DNA from: a virus
Lineage: Duplodnaviria > Caudoviricetes
Virus record (IMG/VR): IMGVR_UViG_3300031886_000005
Location: 1 to 53,398 of that record
Reading direction: 5' to 3' (one strand)
DNA length: 53,398 bases
The notes under the pieces are model-generated. The model did not search any database and was not told the origin of the DNA. It saw nothing but the letters and a program-made list of their open reading frames with translations. How positions within the stretch are numbered: position 1 is the first letter of the stretch; every line of letters begins with the position of its first letter. A program made the translations under genes and the position numbers. This document shows positions 23,845-33,487 of the stretch, one piece after another.

Positions 23845-26800
23845 TCCTGCTGGTAACCTTATCAAGCCACCGCTCTGCGGCACGGGGCGTGGCTTTTTCT
23901 AACGCATCTATGTTACCAATGATGTGCTTCTTAAGTTCTTCACCAACATTCTTTTGATACAGCCATATCTCACCAGCTGTCATGTCCCTCTTCTTAAGGT
24001 CAGCACCGACCACCTTTCTGCCAGTGTTACCTCCAGTTTGAAGGAAGGTACCCTGCCTTGCCCACTTAGCAGCAAGCAGCCACTCTCTCCTCTCGGATGG
24101 ATGAGGGTACTTCTTAAGTCCATTAGCTATATCACTCTTGCCCTCGTACCACCTGTGCCACGGTACCCTAGCTACCTCAACCTCTTCACCGAAGGCATTA
24201 AGCATCGGCCTACCCATGCGCCTGTCCGGTAGCCCCGGAATGGCAGTGAGCTGCGACACTAGGTGGGCCATGAACTGATCCTTTCCGGGCTTGTAGTATG
24301 TTGGGTCTACCCATGAATCAACCTCCCGCATCAAGGTGGGTGACACTATCGGGCCAACCCATCCCTGTGCAAACTGTGACGCGATTTTCTTAGACCCCTC
24401 ATACATGTCGCCGCTCCTTGACACGGACTGCATCAGTGATACCGCCTGTGATGTCATGTCCATCTCTTGAAGGAACGCAAAGCCGCCGAGTGTCATGTTG
24501 ATAAACTTATCAGCCACCTCCTTGTCATCAAAGTCCCCCCACTTTCTGCCGTCATGCAGGTTTCCTATGCCTGCGAACCAAGCAGCGAACGGGGTGTTCT
24601 TGTAGCTGACATAGTGTTTACCAAGCCTAATTGAGTGAGGCTTAACTCCTTGAGACCTAAGCTGTCTCTGCCTAGAGATGGACAACGTCTTAAGGGAACC
24701 AATGATACTTACAGACCCTTCCTCATCATCCTTCTCGTCCTCTTCCCACAGCCATGCAAGCACAGCGATACCAAGTGCAGTAGAAGTTATTGCTTGTGCC
24801 CTTATCAAGGACTGCCTCTCCTTACTCATCACCTCAGTCTCACCGTACTCGGTTGCGCTGGTCACGTTCTTGTGCACCCCTTTACTCGGTGCGATGTCAA
24901 GACCCGAAGCCTTATACCATCTAGTGCTACGCAAATAATCAGTGACCACTGTGTTCTGTGACCTAGCAAAATTAAACAAACTAAATATAGGAATAAAGTT
25001 ACTTGCGTTGCTGACTATATTCATGGCAGCACGTGAGAACGTAAACCCTAGCGGGTACTTGAAAGGCCCAGCTTTCTGCAGCATCCTGTGCATCACACCG
25101 CCAAGACCTATAGGCTCAGCGTTCAACGCAAACACCCTCCCCATTTCCGATGCTGATTGGGTTAGGTTCTCCAGCTCATCAAGGTCAGCTTCCATTATCT
25201 CTCTAGACCTAGCCTTAACCAACGGCTCCCCTTTGTGTCTCGCTATGTCAGCGGGTGCTAGTTGATCGTTGTACTTGCTCCCGTGTATGTCTCTCACTGA
25301 TCTCTCAAGTGCCTTCTCTTGCTCTCTCTTGTCAGCCATTGCCATGCCTGAGTTGTATGCTTTCTTAAGTTTATCTGCCTCCTTAACAAGCTGAGCCTTA
25401 CGCTTTGGATTGGTCTCGGTTGCTATCTCTTGTCCGATGGCAGCGTTTCTTGTTGTTGCACCGTACACCAGCATAGCCCTGCGACCAGCGGTAGCCCCAA
25501 CATAATCAAGGCCGATGACCATGCGCCTTACGAACTTCATTATGTTTGCGTAGCTTGAGCCCCACTTCTCCTTCTGTAATGCCAGCTTCTCCAACTCAGA
25601 ACCACCATAGTAATCCGTCTGAGTATCCAGCATCTTCTTCAATCTCTCATTGGCATCAGGCAGCTTGCTTGTGTCTCCCGTTCTAAGGATGTGGGCAAGC
25701 CCATCTCCTCCCTGCCAAAGTCCCTTGATAAAGTTATTTATTATGGTCAGTGAATCCATCCTACTGGTGCCTGTGTTAAAGACGGCAACCTCAGTAGAAA
25801 GGAGAATGGTGCTCACTGCACCATGAATGACTGAGCCAGTACCTATATCAACCCATGTTCTAGTACCGGATAGAGCACCAGCAAACCACAGGTCTCTGAT
25901 TAAACTCTCAGGGTCAACAGGTGTGTTAGCCAGTACGTACTGAACCATCTCTTCCCTAACCTGAGCAGCACGCACACCCTCTAGCCCTTCTTGCTCTATC
26001 TTCTCAGCCAGCTCCATCAGCTTCCTGCTGATGTGGTCACCAAAGTATCCAGCATCAACACCGTATGCTGATGGTGCAAGGGCGTCCCATAGTGCAGTGT
26101 GTGGTAACGGAACATCCACGCCATCTATCTTCACCATCGTCTCATCCTCAAGTGACAGCACTCCGATGTCATTGGCATCAAGTAATCTTTGGGCAGAACC
26201 AAGCATGGTATCCAAGGTGACCTTCCCTCCTGTGAAGGGGGCGTGGTTCTCTTGTATGCCACGCTTGAATGAGGCCAGCCTTGACTGCTTCCATATCCTC
26301 ATCATAAGGGATGCAACCTGCTTCTCTTGCGCTGTTGTTAACGCATTGCCGATACCTGCTAAGTCTAGCTCAGCTCTAAAGTTATTTATGAAAGACTGGT
26401 CATCAATAACCTCATCGGACGCTGACCTAGCTAATGCCTTCTGAACTGCCACCAGCACAGAGTCATATGCGTTGACCTCATCCGGTGCAGTTATTAGCCC
26501 ACTATCTACCAGTGTCTTAACTGGGTTGACACCACCACCACCAACGTGGTCGTTGATTGCATTCAGTGCAGCTTCTCGCCCAGCTGTTGACATCAAGTCT
26601 TTAACCCAAGAGTGCCACTCGTGGGCAACCGTGTTGCCAAAGTCCTTAAGATGCCTGCGTCTGATGGACTCTTCATACCCATGCGAGGCATCGTGGTGGC
26701 CAAGCAGGTCGCTGTTGAGCTGCTTCATCCTCATTGATTGAGCACTGTTGGATATGATCCTACCCTTGTGTTGGCTGAACCAGTTATTGATGTCACTGAT

Positions 26801-29800
26801 GCGTGCCCTGTCTCTGTTTGTTATGTTGGGCTTTGACATCAACTCCCTCTTTATATCTATGAGCCCCCGTTGCCCGCCCATAGCAATGCTCCAGTCATCA
26901 GCTGCCCTTAAGTTCAGATCAGCCATGAACTCAGCCCTGTTCCCTCGATTACTTAACAACCCCAGCACCCGTGTGGCTCTGTCTATTGATGCACTAACAT
27001 CATTAACGGATTCTGTGGACTGTGGGTCACCCGTCTTAATGTAGTTAGATATTGAATAAACTATTCCCTCCTGCTCTTCCTTGGTTGTTGCTAGGTACGT
27101 GTTCTCACCGCTCCTTGACACCTTGGTCGGGCTATCCATGTCGTCAGTTATCATCTCGAACAGAGCCTCAACACTATCGGGTGGTGCAGCAGCAGACGGG
27201 AAGTTAGCTTCATCAAGCTCGCCCCGTCGCTTCATCTCGTTGTATCTCCACGCTATACGCAGGCTCTGACCAGTGTGTGAGCTTGATCTGAATGCCTTTC
27301 TAAACGCTGGCATGATAGTCAACTCAAGGTCTTTGCCGTTTATCTCTAGCTTCCTTGGCTTCTGCCCTTCAAGTAGATGTGATTGATACTTGTTGCCACG
27401 CTCTTGTTGACTTGCCTTAGCTTCATCAAGAAGCTCATTAAGTATAGCCAGTTGTGCCTTGTATCCCCGTGGCTTATTGCCTTCAGTTCGCTGTATTTCT
27501 CTCTCATAGTCTTGGATAAGTTCTTCACCCGCCATGAACTCTGTAGCTCTGGTGTTATGGTACGCCTGCAGCTGTGCCGCTGCCCTATCCCAGCTGACAC
27601 TCGCAAGACCATCGCCCTGCATATTATTCATCACCGCTTGCATACCGATGACCACCTCGTTAGGTGATATGCCTAGGTCAAGGTTTGCTACCTCATCAAA
27701 TGGAATGACGCCGTCTTCGTTACTCTCCATTATCATGTCAGCAACAGTGTCGGTTGCCGCTATCTGACCTAGGGTAGTGTTGTTCTCTTCAGCCTGTGAG
27801 GCACTGTCCATTCCCGGCCTCACCGAGAACTCATCACCCACTGTTACATCATCTAGCTTACCAAGATCATCCAATCGTGTGGTCTCTTCCGCTGCCTCTG
27901 TTAAGAGACCAGCCTTTATAACCTTTTCACCCGACCTCTCTGATTCCTCAACCTCTGTCTTAAAGTTGATGTCACCCAGCCGTGTCGATAGGCTCTGATA
28001 GGTGGCATCATTAGACAGGCGGTGCATTATGAGGTCGATGTTGATGTCCATCTCAGGCGACCTGTCCCTCTTTTTCTTTCGTATCTCCTTGTCGGCGGCG
28101 TGCTTATACCATTCACCCTTCAATGCGTTTGCGTTGTACTTAAAATTCTTAGTGGGGTAGACAAGTATCTTTTCGCCCACCTCTATCTTGCCAGCCCCAA
28201 GGTGTGGGTTGTTTCTCTTAAGGTCAGTCAGCTTGTTGCCAGTGTGCTTGGCTATTCCTGACAGCATCCTGCTCCAAGAATTATTTGTTTTGGCAGTAAC
28301 CACCATGACGCTACCTTCACGGCCATTGTCCCTCTCCTTCTTGAGCACGTACCAGTCAGACTGCACGCTCACTGGAACCTTCCTAGACCTGCCAACAACT
28401 TCTTCTGTGTAAGTCAGACCGGAAGGCATGGTTACCTTCCTAGTCTTACCCGCACCGGGGACGTAGACCATGCCATCAACACCATCCAGCAGCTGGCCTA
28501 AGTGGTACGCATCATCAACCATGTAGTCCCACACATAGGACATGGTGCCTGCTACGGACTTCCACTCAGTGATCCTTCTATCGCCACCAGTCTTCTCGTT
28601 CTGCATCTCAAGCCATGCCTCTTCCACTCTGTCCATGCCAGTGCCAGCCTCACTGCTTAAACCCTCTAGATACGAAGCCCTTTGAGCGAACACGTTGTTC
28701 CTTGCGACAAGTAGCTCGGCATTCTTTATGATCTGTTGTATGGCTGGGGGTATGTAATCCCAACCACCAACGTCTGCATCTTGGAGGCGGGTTAGATACG
28801 TGAGCATTTTCTTAGTGGAATACTTGAGCGTCTCAAGTCCTGCCTTGTCTAGCTTTTCATGGTTACCAGCCTCTTCCAATAAGAACACTAACCATTCCTG
28901 CCCCTCCTGCGTCTTGCTCTGAACCTTTCCAAATGAAATCTTACCCTTGTAGCTCTTACCCTCCCGCTGAACATCGGGCAACCACACAAGCTGCTCCGCA
29001 AGCTCTTGCCCAAAGTTGATAGCGTAATGTGCCCTCCACTTATCAAACATATACTGACCCTCACCACGTGACATCATCAGCTCAAGAACCTCCACATTCC
29101 TCTTGGCTATGCGGCCAAAGAAAGTGTTGAGGTCAGCTGGTGTATGGTCTACAGCCTCACCCTTCTTGTTGTGCTTTACGTATCCCTTAGTTAACGCCCT
29201 GTTCATTAGAACATGATATAGCTCATGCTTAATCATCTTCTCAAGAGACTTAGGCTTTCTGCTTGTTGTCTTTCTTGTGCCGCCCTCGTAACTAACAGTC
29301 TCTTGGGGGCCAGACATATAGTAAGCCAGCTTATCAACATCAACATTGATAGTGGTGTCACCTGTGGCGGTTGAAACAAACATGGGGGCACCAGCCTTGC
29401 TTGTTCTAAATTCTATGCGGTCAACTGGCAGTCCCTCAAATGGGCCACCGTTTCTTATTAACTTAATTAGCCTGTCCTTTAACACAGCCCGAAGGCCACG
29501 TGTGCTTATTTCTGTATGGTCAGGGGCTATCTCTTCAGGCTTAGTGTGAGTGTCTTTGAACAGTCTTATTGTTTCTTGATCGAACCTCTTATCCGGGCCG
29601 ATGGTTTGTATGGTTCCCGACTGGCTTTCGTTGGCCGTACTAATCCTGTCGTTAAGTTTGTCCTCAGTTAGCTCAGGGTTAACTGGCTCCTCAGTAGACT
29701 GCAGGTCGCCACGGAAGATGGTGTCATTCTTAACTCCAGACCCTCTGTATCCGGGGCCGACATCTCTTACTAAACCCTTCAGCTGTGCTGTTACATTACT

Positions 29801-32800
29801 GAGCTGGCCTTCGAGTTCTTTTACTTTGGCATCAAGTATCCCCCTCCTAGCAACCACGTCCTCTCCACTGACTCGTTGCTTCCTGCTCCTAGCAACCTTT
29901 AGCTTGCCTAGAATCTTTTGCTTCTCCTTAGTTAGCCTTAGCTCTTCCTCAGTGTCTGCTTCAAGCTCCTCCTCTGTCCTAACAGGCTGACCCGCTCTGC
30001 CAACCGACATCTCAGCTGGCTCGAACTTTTGCAGAGCTTCCTCATGCTCCTCTGCCTGCCTCTTCTTCAGTGCCGCATCAAGCGGGCTAAGGCTGTCAGC
30101 TGTTATTAACTCTACAGCGGGTGGCCTTACCTTGGAGTGTACTTCATATTTCCTCTCCTCATTCTTGAACACCCAGTAATCTTTGCCTTCGCTCTTCTTG
30201 TTTTTCCTGTTAACCCATGACTGAGCCAGCCCTTTATTTGGCCACGGCCCTACGTTCTCCACATCCCCAGCCTCAACTGGCTCGGCGGTCTCGTTGTCCA
30301 TTATGGTGGGCTTAACCCCAGCAACAACCTTAACATCAGACACCGTGGCATCCTTGTCCTTGCTGACCGCCTGCCTTGGGGACTTGCCTGCTACCCCCAT
30401 CTTCTTGGCAACCGTCTTCGCCTTCCTAGCCTGCTTTGCCTTGGCCTGCCCTTTAGCATTCTTCTTCGCTGGCTTCTTCTTGGCTGGCTTAGCTGCCAGC
30501 TGCTTGAGCTGGGCATCCATCTGCTTACTGGTCAGCTCTTCAGTGCCTTCAATGCCCTCGTCTTGAGCTTGCTGGTCTGTTGCTTTGTAAATTCTCTTTA
30601 GGTATGGGCGAATGCTTTCACCAAAAGTGTCGAGCATTTTCTTTGACCACTTCTTGAACGAGACAATGCCCATCCTAGCATACACCACACCCAGCTTGGC
30701 ACCGTTAACGGTTAGCTTGGCTGCAGCCTCAGCGTTAACTGCCCCAACACCCATCATCGACGTTGCTGACGGGTCTATTAGGTCATCTAGATTCTTCTTT
30801 ACCTCTGCCTCTAGTGCTGCAGCTTGATCTTCTAAGCTCGCTGTTGCGGATGGCTCTTCGACAACCTCCTCCTCTGCTGCTACTGGCTCAGCCTCAACTG
30901 TTGTTTGCCCTTCCCTCCATTCTTGCCGCCGTTGCTGCTCTTCCTCTGCGGTTAAGGGCAGACCCCCTCCCGCCTCTAGCTCCTCGTTTGTGGCAGCTAT
31001 AAAATCATCCTCTTCATTCTTTTCTGCCACCACCTTCTTCGCTGCTGCCTTAGCTTTAGTAGACCTAGCTCTCTTAGCTGGCTTCTCGGCTGGTGCTGGT
31101 GCTTCCTCGGTAACTGCCTCTTCCTCAGCAGCTTGACGTTCGGCTACTTCCGCAGCTATCTCCGGTGAGAACCTAGTCTCCTGCTCTCTCCAATTCTTAG
31201 GGTCAGCCTTACCTCTGAACCTCGCAGCAAACTCTGATCTCTGTGTGGGTATCTCAGTCGCCTTGGTTCCTGTCTCTTCCGGAAGCTGTATCGCTCGTGA
31301 GAATGACTCCTCATCAAACTTCCTCAACTTACCGGGGCCACCCCTCTTGCCTTCTGCCCTAGCCTTTAGGTTAGACCACGCTGGGTGCACTGCCCCTTCC
31401 ATGAATGCCACCGCTTGGTCACGTACCATAACTGGAGACAGTATGGCCACTTCGTTGCCCTTCTTGTCTATCCCTACAACTTGATAAACCTCACCGCCCT
31501 TGTTGTCCGGTGATGGTCTCTTCCTTTTAACTGTAGCGATCTCAACAGCCTTGGTGTTCATGGCTCCAGCTATCTCATCGTCTGTCTGAGTCTCAGTTGT
31601 TGCCACCTCAAATTCATTGCGAGATTTCTGCAGCTTGACCGCTTTTACTAGCTTAGCATTGGTAACCTCCCCCTTCGTGTTGGTCTCAACAGTGCTGTGC
31701 AGCACACCCTCGGTGTCTGCTTCTTGAAGTAGCTCGATGTCCAGCTTCTCCTTGCCAGCAAAATCCATGTTGACCCAGCTGGGTTCCTCTTCTGCTGGGC
31801 CTGCGGTCTGGGTGACGCTTGTAACTACCTGCTCATTCCCTTCAGCGTCCACCCTAGTTAGTGGCACTGCACCCTCAGTAGCTGGTGCTGCCTCTGCGGC
31901 TGGTGCCACTGGTGCCACTGGTGCTGCCTCTGCGGCTGGTGCAAGGTCGAGAGTCTCGCTCACTGTCACCTTGGGTGCCTCGGCATTAACCACAGAGTCT
32001 TGTGCTTCCTGTACCCCTACGTCTGAGGCGGTGTAGTCCTTGACGGCAGCAGCCTTAAGCTCCTCCCTTATAGCACTGGCCTCTCCCTTAAGTCTTTCCG
32101 CTCCCTCCGTGTCACCTCTTGCCTGTGCTTTATCAGCTTGGGATTCTAAATTCTTAACCCTCTCTACTCGGCGTGCTCTCTTCGTGAACGCCATCGTCAC
32201 AAGGCCGAACACGCCACCAACCAATCCGCCTACTCCACCTTGGTGTACTATCCCATCAAAGAGTTGCCTGTTCTTATCGTACCCAGCTATATCGCTGGCC
32301 ACTTGGTTGAGCCACAACCCTTGTGCACTCTCCTGCGTCAGCTCAGCTGCTGCTGCTGCGGCTGTTTGGGTGGCTCCATGTATCCACTTGTTGTTGCTCG
32401 CGCTTTGGAATGCGGTGAGCCCCTTACTGAACCTGCCGTTAGAAACTTTATCCAAGTTCTTCCAAAGCTGTGTAGCTCTGCCAGTTGCAGCAGCCTGTCT
32501 AGCTAGGCTGTCTGCTCCATGCTTGGCTATGTCATCTATAGTTGAAGCACCCCTCATAGCTCTAAGCACATGAGGCGCAGCACCTATGACCTCAATCAAG
32601 CCAGCTGGTGCGTTCTTCCAGTACGCATCCCACGCCACATCCCAGTCTATGTTGTCGGGGTCTTCGCCACGCTTAATTGCGTCAGCCCTCATGGTAGCTA
32701 CAGCATCTCGCCAGCCCTCCATTGAGGAAAGCCCAACACCTCCAGCTGCGACACCTCCACGCTCACCCCATTTCCTTCCGGAAGCAGCAGCCTTCGCGCC

Positions 32801-33487
32801 GTACATCCCTTCATATTTTGCTACCTTGGCATCAAATTTCTTGGTTACCTTCTTCCCTGCCTCTTCTGCAATCCTTTGCTGGGGCACAGAGAATGGCCCC
32901 GGTTGTCTGGTGCGGTAAGATAGCTTGGTCAATGCCTCTGTCTCAGCCTTGAGAGCTGTGTCCATTGCCTCCTTTGAGGTTAGCTTCTTGGCACCCGCCT
33001 TCATTCCCAGCTTCGCAGCCCCCTTGCCTATGATGCCACCAATACCGCCCAGCCCAAGGAAGCTAAGGGCAGAGCCCACACCCTTAGGTAGGTCGCTAAA
33101 GAAAAGACCAGTCGCCCCGCCCTTAAATCTGTTGGGCAGGTAATCTATCTCTGCCATCTCGGTGGCCTTAGTTCCAAACCTATACACCAAGCTGTCATCG
33201 GGGTCGGTGCCAGTGGCACGTGAACCAAGCACACCAGCCGATGAGGCAAGCTCCGTATAGCCCTGTGCTGTGCCACTACTAAGCTGCTTGAGTGGGACAG
33301 TTAAATAATCATACCAGTGATCTTCGTACTTGGGTTGCTCCTCTTCCTTTTGCTCCTGCTCCCTCTTCTCTTTCTCAACCCAGTCCGGAACCTCTTCAGG
33401 GTAGAAGCCATGCTTCGCCATCTGCTTCACCGCCGTGGCGTAGTCCGATGATATTATTTCCTTCCCTTGCTTTGAGGTAATCATCAA
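23789..33487 (-). CDS. Giant (3232 aa) internal virion / DNA-ejection polyvalent protein
   Basis: Last gene of the virion operon. Gly/Ala-rich hydrophobic N-terminal segments, an HELYH zincin-like motif, a LysM-like segment (LSGIAKHTGNKLTDLKRNNPHL...IEVGEKILV), and a C-terminal region like large polyvalent proteins (NAFGEEV). Confidence 0.75.
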   Translation of the reverse strand: MMITSKQGKEIISSDYATAVKQMAKHGFYPEEVPDWVEKEKREQEQKEEEQPKYEDHWYDYLTVPLKQLSSGTAQGYTELASSAGVLGSRATGTDPDDSLVYRFGTKATEMAEIDYLPNRFKGGATGLFFSDLPKGVGSALSFLGLGGIGGIIGKGAAKLGMKAGAKKLTSKEAMDTALKAETEALTKLSYRTRQPGPFSVPQQRIAEEAGKKVTKKFDAKVAKYEGMYGAKAAASGRKWGERGGVAAGGVGLSSMEGWRDAVATMRADAIKRGEDPDNIDWDVAWDAYWKNAPAGLIEVIGAAPHVLRAMRGASTIDDIAKHGADSLARQAAATGRATQLWKNLDKVSNGRFSKGLTAFQSASNNKWIHGATQTAAAAAAELTQESAQGLWLNQVASDIAGYDKNRQLFDGIVHQGGVGGLVGGVFGLVTMAFTKRARRVERVKNLESQADKAQARGDTEGAERLKGEASAIREELKAAAVKDYTASDVGVQEAQDSVVNAEAPKVTVSETLDLAPAAEAAPVAPVAPAAEAAPATEGAVPLTRVDAEGNEQVVTSVTQTAGPAEEEPSWVNMDFAGKEKLDIELLQEADTEGVLHSTVETNTKGEVTNAKLVKAVKLQKSRNEFEVATTETQTDDEIAGAMNTKAVEIATVKRKRPSPDNKGGEVYQVVGIDKKGNEVAILSPVMVRDQAVAFMEGAVHPAWSNLKARAEGKRGGPGKLRKFDEESFSRAIQLPEETGTKATEIPTQRSEFAARFRGKADPKNWREQETRFSPEIAAEVAERQAAEEEAVTEEAPAPAEKPAKRARSTKAKAAAKKVVAEKNEEDDFIAATNEELEAGGGLPLTAEEEQQRRQEWREGQTTVEAEPVAAEEEVVEEPSATASLEDQAAALEAEVKKNLDDLIDPSATSMMGVGAVNAEAAAKLTVNGAKLGVVYARMGIVSFKKWSKKMLDTFGESIRPYLKRIYKATDQQAQDEGIEGTEELTSKQMDAQLKQLAAKPAKKKPAKKNAKGQAKAKQARKAKTVAKKMGVAGKSPRQAVSKDKDATVSDVKVVAGVKPTIMDNETAEPVEAGDVENVGPWPNKGLAQSWVNRKNKKSEGKDYWVFKNEERKYEVHSKVRPPAVELITADSLSPLDAALKKRQAEEHEEALQKFEPAEMSVGRAGQPVRTEEELEADTEEELRLTKEKQKILGKLKVARSRKQRVSGEDVVARRGILDAKVKELEGQLSNVTAQLKGLVRDVGPGYRGSGVKNDTIFRGDLQSTEEPVNPELTEDKLNDRISTANESQSGTIQTIGPDKRFDQETIRLFKDTHTKPEEIAPDHTEISTRGLRAVLKDRLIKLIRNGGPFEGLPVDRIEFRTSKAGAPMFVSTATGDTTINVDVDKLAYYMSGPQETVSYEGGTRKTTSRKPKSLEKMIKHELYHVLMNRALTKGYVKHNKKGEAVDHTPADLNTFFGRIAKRNVEVLELMMSRGEGQYMFDKWRAHYAINFGQELAEQLVWLPDVQREGKSYKGKISFGKVQSKTQEGQEWLVFLLEEAGNHEKLDKAGLETLKYSTKKMLTYLTRLQDADVGGWDYIPPAIQQIIKNAELLVARNNVFAQRASYLEGLSSEAGTGMDRVEEAWLEMQNEKTGGDRRITEWKSVAGTMSYVWDYMVDDAYHLGQLLDGVDGMVYVPGAGKTRKVTMPSGLTYTEEVVGRSRKVPVSVQSDWYVLKKERDNGREGSVMVVTAKTNNSWSRMLSGIAKHTGNKLTDLKRNNPHLGAGKIEVGEKILVYPTKNFKYNANALKGEWYKHAADKEIRKKKRDRSPEMDINIDLIMHRLSNDATYQSLSTRLGDINFKTEVEESERSGEKVIKAGLLTEAAEETTRLDDLGKLDDVTVGDEFSVRPGMDSASQAEENNTTLGQIAATDTVADMIMESNEDGVIPFDEVANLDLGISPNEVVIGMQAVMNNMQGDGLASVSWDRAAAQLQAYHNTRATEFMAGEELIQDYEREIQRTEGNKPRGYKAQLAILNELLDEAKASQQERGNKYQSHLLEGQKPRKLEINGKDLELTIMPAFRKAFRSSSHTGQSLRIAWRYNEMKRRGELDEANFPSAAAPPDSVEALFEMITDDMDSPTKVSRSGENTYLATTKEEQEGIVYSISNYIKTGDPQSTESVNDVSASIDRATRVLGLLSNRGNRAEFMADLNLRAADDWSIAMGGQRGLIDIKRELMSKPNITNRDRARISDINNWFSQHKGRIISNSAQSMRMKQLNSDLLGHHDASHGYEESIRRRHLKDFGNTVAHEWHSWVKDLMSTAGREAALNAINDHVGGGGVNPVKTLVDSGLITAPDEVNAYDSVLVAVQKALARSASDEVIDDQSFINNFRAELDLAGIGNALTTAQEKQVASLMMRIWKQSRLASFKRGIQENHAPFTGGKVTLDTMLGSAQRLLDANDIGVLSLEDETMVKIDGVDVPLPHTALWDALAPSAYGVDAGYFGDHISRKLMELAEKIEQEGLEGVRAAQVREEMVQYVLANTPVDPESLIRDLWFAGALSGTRTWVDIGTGSVIHGAVSTILLSTEVAVFNTGTSRMDSLTIINNFIKGLWQGGDGLAHILRTGDTSKLPDANERLKKMLDTQTDYYGGSELEKLALQKEKWGSSYANIMKFVRRMVIGLDYVGATAGRRAMLVYGATTRNAAIGQEIATETNPKRKAQLVKEADKLKKAYNSGMAMADKREQEKALERSVRDIHGSKYNDQLAPADIARHKGEPLVKARSREIMEADLDELENLTQSASEMGRVFALNAEPIGLGGVMHRMLQKAGPFKYPLGFTFSRAAMNIVSNASNFIPIFSLFNFARSQNTVVTDYLRSTRWYKASGLDIAPSKGVHKNVTSATEYGETEVMSKERQSLIRAQAITSTALGIAVLAWLWEEDEKDDEEGSVSIIGSLKTLSISRQRQLRSQGVKPHSIRLGKHYVSYKNTPFAAWFAGIGNLHDGRKWGDFDDKEVADKFINMTLGGFAFLQEMDMTSQAVSLMQSVSRSGDMYEGSKKIASQFAQGWVGPIVSPTLMREVDSWVDPTYYKPGKDQFMAHLVSQLTAIPGLPDRRMGRPMLNAFGEEVEVARVPWHRWYEGKSDIANGLKKYPHPSERREWLLAAKWARQGTFLQTGGNTGRKVVGADLKKRDMTAGEIWLYQKNVGEELKKHIIGNIDALEKATPRAAERWLDKVTSRIKSKVARQISRSNLRADQ

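Noticed and set aside
23789-33487. Virion RNA polymerase
   Set aside because: The size fits, but I found no convincing DxDGD-type or T7-like catalytic motifs by eye. It needs a structure search.
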